Position numbers and translations under genes: made by a program. Of a stretch of DNA of 24,561 nucleotides, positions 1 through 8,218 are shown piece after piece (position 1 is the stretch's first letter; the number at the start of each line of letters is the position of its first letter). The stretch comes from a virus (lineage: Duplodnaviria > Caudoviricetes): IMG/VR virus record IMGVR_UViG_3300001450_000290, positions 1 to 24,561 of that record; one strand, given 5' to 3'. A model generated the notes under the pieces. That model made no database searches. It was not told the origin of the DNA and saw nothing but the letters and a program-made list of their open reading frames with translations.

Positions 1-17
1 TAATAGAGGTGAATAAT

Positions 18-176
18 ATGTATGTAGAAAAAGATTTTGAAGAAAAGAAGAGAAAGATTTTAGAAGAAATTGGAGAAAAATTAGACATACTGAAAACTCA
101 TCAACTGATATATTGGTTTGACATAAAGAATTGGGTCATAGAAATATTAGAAGAAAACGAAATAAGGAGAGAATAA
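18..176 (+). CDS. hypothetical protein, 52 aa (not in ORF track)
   Basis: GAGGTGA SD at 6-12, ATG 18, MYVEKDFEEKKRK...IRRE*, stop 2 nt before the next ATG. Confidence 0.7.
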   Translation: MYVEKDFEEKKRKILEEIGEKLDILKTHQLIYWFDIKNWVIEILEENEIRRE

Positions 177-178
177 AT

Positions 179-742
179 ATGAAAAGAAAAATATTAGTAA
201 TCGGAGCAGGTGGTATTGGGAGTTTCTTAATACCGCTTTTAGATAAAGTAGAATTGTATAACATAACAGTAGCAGACCCCGATACGGTAGAAACAAAGAA
301 TCTACCATATCAAAACTTTAACGCTGACAATGTAGCACAAAACAAAGCGTTGGTGATGAAAGATACTTATAATAAATCTGTATTGAGAGCAATTAAATAT
401 CCTATTCTAACAGAAAAACAGATGCAAGAATATGACTTGGTTATTTGTTGTGTAGACAATTTATCAGTTAGAAGAACATTATACAACACAACCGTTAAAT
501 GGCTTGACCTTAGAGCGCAAGGTAGAAATGCCGCACTTGTGTCGCATAAAGCAGACCCTAAGATGTATGATATGCTTTTAGCGGGAAAAGATGGTTCATT
601 TAGTTGTCAAGGGGATTCATGGGATGGTTCAAATAAAGGAGTTCATTTTATGCAAGTGGCTATTGCAGGAATGGGCGCACAATGGACTCAAAGATGGTTT
701 AATGATGAGCAAGTTAAAGAATATATGGTGGTGAACCTATGA
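179..742 (+). CDS. ThiF/MoeB/E1-like adenylyltransferase
   Basis: KILVIGAGGIGS nucleotide-binding loop, D-x-D-x-V-E-x-x-N-L-x-x-Q, NKA, DLVICCVDN..VR; candidate catalytic Cys in SFSCQG. ATG 179 after AGGAGA preferred over track start 131. Confidence 0.9.
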   Translation: MKRKILVIGAGGIGSFLIPLLDKVELYNITVADPDTVETKNLPYQNFNADNVAQNKALVMKDTYNKSVLRAIKYPILTEKQMQEYDLVICCVDNLSVRRTLYNTTVKWLDLRAQGRNAALVSHKADPKMYDMLLAGKDGSFSCQGDSWDGSNKGVHFMQVAIAGMGAQWTQRWFNDEQVKEYMVVNL

Positions 743-1050
743 GTAAGAAATGGACAAAAGAAAAAGAATTAGATTTATTAGTTAATTTTTATGAACTAAG
801 TATTGAAGAAGCAAGAGAAAGATTTGATGCCTCCTATAAAACAATAGCAGGTCGATTAGAAAAACTATTTGATGACGAATCCGAAGAGGGCGTAGTCCTT
901 CTATTAGATGCTTCTAAGAAGGTTAAGATGCAAAAGAAAGCAGGTAACATAGTAAATGAGAACTTTACTAGAAGGCAAAGAAGATTGGCTGCGAAAATAA
1001 ATAAATTACAAAGAAAATTAGACAAACTAAGTGGTGAAAAGAATGAGTAA
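739..1050 (+). CDS. putative Myb/SANT-like helix-turn-helix protein with basic coiled-coil tail
   Basis: KWTKEKELDLL...SIEEARERFDASYKTIAGRL pattern; ATGA coupling to ThiF. Confidence 0.5.
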   Translation: MSKKWTKEKELDLLVNFYELSIEEARERFDASYKTIAGRLEKLFDDESEEGVVLLLDASKKVKMQKKAGNIVNENFTRRQRRLAAKINKLQRKLDKLSGEKNE

Positions 1051-1690
1051 AACTGGCGATTGGGCATTAAGTGAAGAAGAGAAAAAAGAATATCATGATG
1101 ATGGTTATGATAAATTTCTTGAGGATTTACAAATTAATGAAGCACAGAAAGAATTTGAGGCTCTAGAAAAGGCTAGAGCAAGGGCTGAACAACACATACT
1201 AAATGTATGGGTTGAAGAAGGTATGTTAGAATTGAAAAGTATTGGTGTTGATTGGAATAACAGACATACGGTAGATATGACATCCTATAAGAGTGAAGCA
1301 TTCTTTGGCGCTATTTGGCATGCTTCAACTGAGATATTACCGGGTCTTGAAGTGCAAGTAGTTATTGATGGGAGAAACGATTGTTATGTTACAACAGGTT
1401 CTTCGGGATATGTAGAATTTGGAATGCAGCCACCTGTAGGAATGAAACTTCCTATTAGGTGTTGGACTCATACTCATCCATTCGGTAGGGCATATTTTAG
1501 CGGTGTAGATATTAATACTGTTGCTAATTGGCAACTTCTAATGAAAGAAGCCTATGTCTTAGGCGGGGTAGAGCATTTTGGTCACTGGACACAAAAAGAA
1601 CCATATGAGTTAGATATCTTTGTTGATAACCAATATGAAGAAACCCAAACATGGTCACATAAATTAGCAGAGGTTGGTGAAGAAGAATGA
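1043..1690 (+). CDS. JAB/MPN+ (JAMM) metallo-isopeptidase
   Basis: Upstream Glu (LEVQV) and HTHPFGRAYFSGVD = H-x-H-x7-S-x2-D; GGTGA SD before ATG 1043. Confidence 0.88.
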   Translation: MSKTGDWALSEEEKKEYHDDGYDKFLEDLQINEAQKEFEALEKARARAEQHILNVWVEEGMLELKSIGVDWNNRHTVDMTSYKSEAFFGAIWHASTEILPGLEVQVVIDGRNDCYVTTGSSGYVEFGMQPPVGMKLPIRCWTHTHPFGRAYFSGVDINTVANWQLLMKEAYVLGGVEHFGHWTQKEPYELDIFVDNQYEETQTWSHKLAEVGEEE

Positions 1691-1905
1691 AAGCAGTAGG
1701 AGATTATGCTTGTATTGAGATTGAAAACACTATCACTAGTAGTGGTATTCAAGTAAAGAACGATGGCATTGGGGTTTGTTTATCTTGTCCTTCTAAACCT
1801 AACTTAGTAGATTGTCAAGTTTTATTTGATATAAATCAAAAGTTTCATGAGCATGAAAATATGATTTTTATTGATAGTAAGTTTATCATGGGGATAGTAG
1901 AATGA
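1687..1905 (+). CDS. groES: co-chaperonin GroES-like (short)
   Basis: MKAVGDYACIE, TSSGI mobile loop, VLF, IMGIVE C-terminus match the GroES pattern; upstream of GroEL. Confidence 0.75.
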   Translation: MKAVGDYACIEIENTITSSGIQVKNDGIGVCLSCPSKPNLVDCQVLFDINQKFHEHENMIFIDSKFIMGIVE

Positions 1906-2117
1906 ACGATATAGAGTTATACGAAGACACTTTGTTACGAATGATTGATGTAACTGAAAACGGAGACTTGTTTAGAGAAGATATGGATGATAGGCTTTTA
2001 ATTGGGGAACTAGAGGTTCTGTTAAAGATGATTAAAATGCTATTACAAACAATACCCGAAAAGAAACAAGCATATGATTTATGGAGAGGAATCCAAACAA
2101 GGTTGGTGGAAGAATGA
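1902..2117 (+). CDS. hypothetical helical protein between groES and groEL
   Basis: ATGA-coupled to both neighbours. Confidence 0.65.
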   Translation: MNDIELYEDTLLRMIDVTENGDLFREDMDDRLLIGELEVLLKMIKMLLQTIPEKKQAYDLWRGIQTRLVEE

Positions 2118-3610
2118 TATTGAATGGAAAAGAAGTTAAACAAAAATTATTAGAAGGAATTAATATTGTAGCAAATACAGTAAGTCCCACTTTGGGGCCA
2201 CAGGCAAAAACAGTAATTCTACAGGGAAATCCCCCTGTAATAATTAATGACGGCGTTACTATCACTAAGCATATTTCTAGTGCTGACCCTTATGTTCAAA
2301 TGGGAATACAACTAGTTCAAAATCTAGCAAGTAAAGCCCAAGAAGGAAGCGGTGATGGAACTACTACTGCTTGTATTCTTGCTCAAGCGTTATGTCAAAA
2401 TATGCCGGAAGACAATAAAATTAAACCACATGAGTTTAATTCTCTTTTAGATTACTTGAAGGAAGAAGCGGTAAATTATTTTGATGCTATTTCTACTAAA
2501 GTAGAGAACGAGGATATTCTAAATGTGGCCACTATTGCTGCTAACAACGACAAACAATTGGGTCAACTAATACAAGAAGCACTAAATGAAGTTGGTAGAG
2601 ATGGAATAGTGACAGTGGAAGAATCTAACAACTATCAAACGAATCTTATTCTTAGAGAAGGTATGGAGATTACTGAGGGCTATTTGAGCCACTTGATGTG
2701 TAATACTGATTCGGGTAGAGTAGAATTCAATAACCCGTTAATATTTATGTCTAACATTCCATTTAGGAATTTCAAGGATATTATTCCTCTTTTGGAATAT
2801 TCTTCGCAGAAATCACAACCTCTACTCATATTCTGTAAAGGGATGGAAGGTTCAGCGATGAATAATTTGATTATGAATTTGATTAATCAAACAGTACAAT
2901 GTGCTGTTGTTCTTGCTCCTAATTTCGGTGATGCCCAAATAGATGAATTGGGTGATATGCAATCAATGATTGGTGGAAGAGTATTTAATCACGAAAGCAA
3001 AGACGACCCTGCTTCATTTACCGAACTTGATTTAGGGACTTGTAACAAAGTTATAATCACTAAAGAAACAACTACCTTTATTGGTGGAGATGGAGAAACT
3101 GAAGAAAGAATTAATTCCCTCAAGGGAGCCTTAGAAGACATGAAAGGACATGATGCTTCTAGGCTCAAAGCAAGAATTGCTAGGTTAAAGGGAGGAGTTG
3201 CCACTATTCAAGTCGGAGCCTCTTCATCTATTGAAATGAGAGAGAAGAAAGAAAGACTAGATGATGCTCTTAATGCAACTAAGGCGGCATTAGAGGAAGG
3301 TATTGTAGTAGGAGGAGGTATGCCTTTCATCAATTTTGCTAATGAATTTAAAAGCAAGATACCACAATGGTTCTATGAATCTCTTCTACAACCATGTAGA
3401 CAATTACACTTCAATAGCGGCCATCATCCTGTAGGTATAGAAGAATGGAAGGGTGATATGGGATTCAATGCTTTGACTGATGTTGTTGAGGATTTGGCCG
3501 AAGCCGGAGTCTATGACCCTGTTAAGGTAACTAAGAACAGTTTCTTAGCCGCTATGTCAATAGCGCAATTGTTTTATTCTACAGAAGTTGCGGTTTTATT
3601 GGAGGAATAG
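2114..3610 (+). CDS. groEL: group I chaperonin GroEL
   Basis: TLGP, NDGVTI, GDGTTTA, GRDGIVTVEES, APNFGD, RIARLKGGVA, ERLDDALNATKAALEEGIVVGGG, DPVKV; no GGM tail. Confidence 0.97.
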   Translation: MILNGKEVKQKLLEGINIVANTVSPTLGPQAKTVILQGNPPVIINDGVTITKHISSADPYVQMGIQLVQNLASKAQEGSGDGTTTACILAQALCQNMPEDNKIKPHEFNSLLDYLKEEAVNYFDAISTKVENEDILNVATIAANNDKQLGQLIQEALNEVGRDGIVTVEESNNYQTNLILREGMEITEGYLSHLMCNTDSGRVEFNNPLIFMSNIPFRNFKDIIPLLEYSSQKSQPLLIFCKGMEGSAMNNLIMNLINQTVQCAVVLAPNFGDAQIDELGDMQSMIGGRVFNHESKDDPASFTELDLGTCNKVIITKETTTFIGGDGETEERINSLKGALEDMKGHDASRLKARIARLKGGVATIQVGASSSIEMREKKERLDDALNATKAALEEGIVVGGGMPFINFANEFKSKIPQWFYESLLQPCRQLHFNSGHHPVGIEEWKGDMGFNALTDVVEDLAEAGVYDPVKVTKNSFLAAMSIAQLFYSTEVAVLLEE

Positions 3611-3611
3611 T

Positions 3612-3797
3612 ATGAACAAAAATAATTATAGTTGTTGTGATAACCCTAATTGTTTGGGGTTAAACCTAAACTTAAGTTGTAAGTTTTGTGGTAAAGATAA
3701 TCGGGATGCTCTAATGACTGTTAGGTATGGTACTGGAATAGAAGTTGAGATGTGCAAAGATTGTTTTGCTGAATCGTTTGGGTATTCGGAGGAATAG
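3612..3797 (+). CDS. small Cys-rich zinc-finger protein
   Basis: CCDNPNC, CKFC, CKDC; GGAGG SD at 3601. Confidence 0.7.
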   Translation: MNKNNYSCCDNPNCLGLNLNLSCKFCGKDNRDALMTVRYGTGIEVEMCKDCFAESFGYSEE

Positions 3798-3799
3798 AG

Positions 3800-3892
3800 T
3801 TGAAATGTCCGACTTGTTGGAGAACGATGTCTCCCTATTATTCTAGGAGATATAATAAATGTAAAGTATGTTTAGAGGGTGAAGAAAAATGA
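3800..3892 (+). CDS. 30-aa CxxC...CxxC zinc-finger microprotein (not in ORF track)
   Basis: GGAGG SD at 3788, TTG start, MKCPTCWRTMSPYYSRRYNKCKVCLEGEEK*, stop overlaps next ATG. Confidence 0.65.
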   Translation: MKCPTCWRTMSPYYSRRYNKCKVCLEGEEK

Positions 3893-4155
3893 TTCAGTGG
3901 ATTTTAAGAAAACTAATCTATCTAACAGGAGTAGTCTATGTGATTCTAGATAGTTTCGCTAAACATGAGAACACGGATGAAATACTAGGAATAAAGATTG
4001 ATGATGAATTTCAAACTATGTCTAGAAAACAACTATGTTCTTACATAGAGTTGCGATTCGAAATACCACAAGATTCGTTTTGGAGCCTACAGTCTACACA
4101 AAAGATTAGACTTTGTTGTGAAATCCTAAGAAAGAACAAGGTAGGGGGAAAATAA
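3889..4155 (+). CDS. hypothetical protein, hydrophobic N-terminus
   Basis: GGTGA SD, coupled ORF of 88 aa. Confidence 0.7.
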   Translation: MIQWILRKLIYLTGVVYVILDSFAKHENTDEILGIKIDDEFQTMSRKQLCSYIELRFEIPQDSFWSLQSTQKIRLCCEILRKNKVGGK

Positions 4156-4156
4156 T

Positions 4157-4555
4157 ATGGCTAAGAAAGCAGTAACAGTAACACTACCTGCGCCACATAA
4201 AGCGCAAATCAAATGCCCTATTTGTAAAGGAAACAAATGTGTTGTTTGTAATATGACTGGCTCTCTAAAGATAGATGTAGCGCCAAAAATACCAATACAA
4301 AGAGCGCATATTGTAAAATATGTTGTTGATAATATTCATGATATTTCGGGTGAGATAACTAGAATGTATGGATTAGTTCCCGAAATCAACACACAAGAAG
4401 TGATTATAGTGAATGAAGGTCAGTATGAAGTAGTACAAATATCATCTTTAGGTGGAGCCTGTTGGGTAGTAAATAGGTTGGACTACCTTGAAACTCCAAG
4501 ATATTTTACTTCAAGAAAAGAATTAGATAAATTCAAACAGGGGTGGATGAATTGA
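4157..4555 (+). CDS. zinc-finger protein (DnaJ-type CxxCxG repeats)
   Basis: CPICKGNKCVVCNMTG. Confidence 0.65.
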   Translation: MAKKAVTVTLPAPHKAQIKCPICKGNKCVVCNMTGSLKIDVAPKIPIQRAHIVKYVVDNIHDISGEITRMYGLVPEINTQEVIIVNEGQYEVVQISSLGGACWVVNRLDYLETPRYFTSRKELDKFKQGWMN

Positions 4556-4752
4556 GCGACACCTTAGAAAAAATAGGCTCTATCATTAGAAATGAAAAGA
4601 TAGAATATGTTGTCAAAAAAGGCAGATGGACTATTTATGACATTATAGACATAAGACAATTTGAAAATGACAAACCCTCGATAAGGGGAGTTCGTCTTAA
4701 TAGAGACGAGGCTAAATTATTATTAGAAATACTAAGGAGAGAATTAGAATGA
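4552..4752 (+). CDS. PC4/YdbC-like ssDNA-binding protein
   Basis: IDIRQF...KPSIRGVRLNRDEAKLL resembles PC4 DIR...PxxKGIxL; TTGA overlap start (track start 4543). Confidence 0.7.
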   Translation: MSDTLEKIGSIIRNEKIEYVVKKGRWTIYDIIDIRQFENDKPSIRGVRLNRDEAKLLLEILRRELE

Positions 4753-5030
4753 CAGAAAGAGAAATACACAAAAGACTGAGTGAGACTCAAGCCAAGAAAA
4801 GCGTTCGTAAAGCCAATGATAACCGACAATATGCCCACGGAGCATTACCGAAATTTATAGGCTGTTCGAGTAAAATAGTAGATTTATTTGCTAAATATGT
4901 AGAACAAGAAATGAAAGTACCTGCGGGTGGCGGTAGAGGATGTAGAGTTAAAGATACTCATATAGAGTTATGTTATGGTAAGTTCTATCAAGCAATGAGA
5001 GAATTTATGGATGGTGAAGAAAATGAATAA
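4749..5030 (+). CDS. putative divergent histone-fold protein
   Basis: RLSETQAKKSVRKA / long central helix / RVKDTHIELC, similar to the archaeal histone TIKAEDIELA end. Confidence 0.5.
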   Translation: MTEREIHKRLSETQAKKSVRKANDNRQYAHGALPKFIGCSSKIVDLFAKYVEQEMKVPAGGGRGCRVKDTHIELCYGKFYQAMREFMDGEENE

Positions 5031-5379
5031 GTTATATTTGATAACCACTAATGATAAGAAATTTCATGAATGGGCTAAGAAAGTAAAGAAAACACTAAAA
5101 GGCCAAGACATGGCGATAGATGCCTTTAATCAAGCATACGGAGAAGTCTCCGGAGGTAATTATTTGGTTAGGGCTTCCTTTGTTTGTTATTGGGAGATAT
5201 ATACTAGTAATGATTTAGCAAGACTAGCACCTGCTATTACTCAAGCAACTATGATTCATATGTTACATAGGTTTGCTGAACAGAATAAAATAGAAGAGGC
5301 GCAAGTGGTCGAACAGTTGATAGCAAACTTTGTTAGATTATTGGTTAATTTAGATGGTGAATCTAATGAAGAAGAGTGA
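5023..5379 (+). CDS. hypothetical protein
   Basis: GGTGA SD, ATG 5023, helical 118 aa. Confidence 0.75.
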   Translation: MNKLYLITTNDKKFHEWAKKVKKTLKGQDMAIDAFNQAYGEVSGGNYLVRASFVCYWEIYTSNDLARLAPAITQATMIHMLHRFAEQNKIEEAQVVEQLIANFVRLLVNLDGESNEEE

Positions 5380-5536
5380 ATGGGTTTACTTAGCAAACGC
5401 TATGTGGACATACTCGGAACAAAATGAAGGTGAAATATCACGCCTTCTAAAAGAAGTGGTATTAAAAATAAATAAAAATATGGAAGTGATTATGGATGAC
5501 ATGGGAAACGATGAGCCGAATGTTAGAATCAAATGA
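5366..5536 (+). CDS. hypothetical protein
   Basis: GGTGA SD at 5356-5360, ATG 5366. Confidence 0.6.
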   Translation: MKKSEWVYLANAMWTYSEQNEGEISRLLKEVVLKINKNMEVIMDDMGNDEPNVRIK

Positions 5537-7028
5537 TTCTATTGTACAGACGCAACAAATAAATGGAATAGTTAGAAGCCTAAAGAACACTGAATTAGCA
5601 CCAAAGAGAGTATTACTAATTCTAGATAAAGATAATCTACCAAGTAATAATATTGGTTTATCTAGAGCAAAGAAATGGTTGGCAAAAATCTTTCAAGTGT
5701 TTGAGAGTGAGATTGATGGTCTTTATGCCGCACATAATTGTTTAGGTTCTGCTGTTTATCATTTAGAAGCATCAGCAGAATGTAAGAAGCAATACTCATT
5801 GAAACAGACCTATCGACTATTAAGTATGGACACAGGTAAAATAGATTCTTCAGCATTCAAACTAATGGAAGAAATACTACCTAATATGTCTGCTAATGCT
5901 AGACAATGGTTTGTTAGATACTGGATTAGGAAACCTAGAAACGGCATCAATGAAGGAATAGTAACTAAAATAGTGTCTAAGTATTACAACAAACCACTCA
6001 AAGATGTAAAAAAACATTTGAACTTTAATGATTTAGAAATAGTAGTAAACCATTATACGATTTCGGCAAACCCTATGTGTAATTTAACACATGGCAAATT
6101 TGTAAAACCAATGTTAGCCAAAGAAGTCCCTATGGATAAGTGGCCAACAGATAGAATTGTAGATTACAAGTATGACGGTAATAGGTACCAAATACATAAA
6201 CAAGGAAATAGTATAATTATATTCAATAGAAAGGGAACAATAGTTACAGAGCAATTCCAAGACATAGTAGAACAAGTTAGACAATATTATATTGATTGTA
6301 TTCTTGATGGTGAAATTTATCCAACTAAAGACGATGGTTCACCTGCCGAACATAAACTAATGGGAACAAGAGTTCATTCTAAAAATCATGCAGAAGCAAG
6401 AGAGAAGGTTTCTGTGAGATGGGTAGTATTTGATTGTCTTAAGATTGCTGACGAAACCACTATGGATTTACCATATAGTGAAAGGCTTGAGAAAATGAAG
6501 AATATTCCCCAACAAGCACATAGAATGGCCAAAGATGGTGACACATTAGCATTCTATAACCAAGCCATTAATGATGGATTTGAGGGCATCATAGTTAAAG
6601 ATTCATCGCTACCTTATGAAGCAGGAAAGCGAAGTATTGGATGGGCTAAGTATAAGCCTCCTAGAATAAATCTAGATGTGGTTATTGTTAAGGCTAAATA
6701 CGGTCAAGGTAATAGGTCAAATGTGTTTGGAACCTTTGAGATAGCAGTTAAGAACGATAGTGAATTTGTTTCAGTTGGTAGTGTTGGTTCAGGATTTACT
6801 GATGAAGAATTAATTAGACTAACCAATACTCTAAGAAGAAATGTGGTTAGTTTTGAGAACAAAACATTCGAGTTCGCCCCTAGTGTAATATTGGAGGTTA
6901 CTGCTGATTTGGTTTCAAGGGATGATAATAATAATTTGGGATTGAGATTTCCAAGATGTGTTAGGATTAGAGATGATAAATTTGTTGCTGATATTAATAC
7001 TTTAGATGATGTGGAGGCATTAGAATGA
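5496..7028 (+). CDS. lig: ATP-dependent DNA ligase
   Basis: KPMLA, motif I DYKYDGNR, ILDGEI, VFDCL, EGIIVK, WAKYK, VGSGFTD, motif VI LRFPR..RIRDDK; N-terminal DNA-binding domain. Confidence 0.97.
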   Translation: MTWETMSRMLESNDSIVQTQQINGIVRSLKNTELAPKRVLLILDKDNLPSNNIGLSRAKKWLAKIFQVFESEIDGLYAAHNCLGSAVYHLEASAECKKQYSLKQTYRLLSMDTGKIDSSAFKLMEEILPNMSANARQWFVRYWIRKPRNGINEGIVTKIVSKYYNKPLKDVKKHLNFNDLEIVVNHYTISANPMCNLTHGKFVKPMLAKEVPMDKWPTDRIVDYKYDGNRYQIHKQGNSIIIFNRKGTIVTEQFQDIVEQVRQYYIDCILDGEIYPTKDDGSPAEHKLMGTRVHSKNHAEAREKVSVRWVVFDCLKIADETTMDLPYSERLEKMKNIPQQAHRMAKDGDTLAFYNQAINDGFEGIIVKDSSLPYEAGKRSIGWAKYKPPRINLDVVIVKAKYGQGNRSNVFGTFEIAVKNDSEFVSVGSVGSGFTDEELIRLTNTLRRNVVSFENKTFEFAPSVILEVTADLVSRDDNNNLGLRFPRCVRIRDDKFVADINTLDDVEALE

Positions 7029-7462
7029 TAGAAGTGGGAGATATGACAATAATAGGAACGACTACTTATCGCTGCATTAGAATAGATAATGATGATAATG
7101 TTTTCTTAAAAAACATTCTGCATGATAAAGGCAGAGCATTAGTGTATAAAAGAGATTTATGCCCCTATATAGAAAATAATTTATTAGTAGTTCCGGAACA
7201 ACCTAAAAAGAAAAGAATGACAACTAGAGTGAACATTTCAAAGGTTGTCAAAGAAAGTACCAACTTAGTTGTTTCTAATACCGCCAAAAGATTTCTAGTA
7301 GAATGGGTTGATACTGCTATTGCCAATTTGATTGCTAATGCTGAGGAAAATGCCGCACTTCGTGGAAAGCAAAAAATAACTGCTGCTGATTTGTTTTGGT
7401 TAGAAACAAACAACCTTCCTTCGGGTCATTGGAAAGATAATGAAGTATTCTTTAAGGAGTGA
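7025..7462 (+). CDS. histone-fold protein with N-terminal beta-rich domain
   Basis: ISKVVKESTNLVVSNTAKRFLVEWVDTAIANLIANAEENAALRGKQKITAADL matches the HMf-type fold (VS..A...; A...GRKTI.A.D). Confidence 0.75.
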   Translation: MIEVGDMTIIGTTTYRCIRIDNDDNVFLKNILHDKGRALVYKRDLCPYIENNLLVVPEQPKKKRMTTRVNISKVVKESTNLVVSNTAKRFLVEWVDTAIANLIANAEENAALRGKQKITAADLFWLETNNLPSGHWKDNEVFFKE

Positions 7463-7830
7463 ATATAGTGTATAATGATGAAGAGATATCAAAATGGATA
7501 GAGAAATATGGCGAGGCTACGGGGTTTAATTTTATTATCTATGGAGCATTAAAAGACGAAGATATCGAATTACTAACTAAGGGGCTTATGTTTAGTATAC
7601 TACAAAGCAAACCCTCACATGCTTTACCTCTAATGGTTACTAGCGACGAAATTGATGAAGAAACAGCAGTAGCCATGAATTCATTTCAAGGCACTACTCT
7701 ATCTTTTGTTTTTGGGGGAGATGCATTAGCCATTGAAGAAATAGTGCAACATATGGTAGTTGACGGATTAACTTTCTTAAGATATAAGAATGAGTATTTA
7801 GGACATCATCTGTGTGGTAGCCATGTATAA
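7459..7830 (+). CDS. hypothetical protein
   Basis: GTGA coupling, 123 aa, acidic. Confidence 0.7.
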   Translation: MNIVYNDEEISKWIEKYGEATGFNFIIYGALKDEDIELLTKGLMFSILQSKPSHALPLMVTSDEIDEETAVAMNSFQGTTLSFVFGGDALAIEEIVQHMVVDGLTFLRYKNEYLGHHLCGSHV

Positions 7831-8218
7831 CAAAAATATATTGATAGGTATATTTTTGAGTAAAGCAAATTATACCGTTTCAATTCAAGAAAACAAAAAA
7901 TTTGCTATAGGGTATAAGGTCAAACCCTTAATATCTATAAGGGGAGATATAAGTTTCTTGGAAGCAATCCATCGCTCTTTGAAACAACACGCAGTAGATT
8001 CCACCATTAAAGAACTAGAGTCTAAAAATAACCCTAGACCAATACTAGTAATTAGTGGGTTAATTAACATAAATAACATAATATTGTTAATACCAAATCT
8101 CCCTGATTCCGGTGCTAAGTTAGAGGGTTTTAAACATGCACTTAAAATCATAAATGAAGGGCAACATAAACAATTAAAAGGATTAGAAGCATTATTAGAA
8201 ATTAAGGGAGTATTATAA
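7823..8218 (+). CDS. LAGLIDADG-fold protein, probably nuclease-dead
   Basis: I-CreI-like layout (helix, TVSI...GYKVKPLISI, FLEAI, C-terminal HKQLKGLEALLEIK); motif reads LIGIFLSKAN with no acidic residue. Confidence 0.65.
   Translation: MYNKNILIGIFLSKANYTVSIQENKKFAIGYKVKPLISIRGDISFLEAIHRSLKQHAVDSTIKELESKNNPRPILVISGLININNIILLIPNLPDSGAKLEGFKHALKIINEGQHKQLKGLEALLEIKGVL

Noticed and set aside
3889-4155. Ubiquitin-like modifier, because the ORF ends in VGGK
   Set aside because: The sequence looks helical and hydrophobic rather than beta-grasp, and the GG codons coincide with the SD of the next gene
7823-8218. Active mobile homing endonuclease
   Set aside because: Catalytic acidic residues are missing and there is no host intron or intein; reported as a domesticated candidate instead
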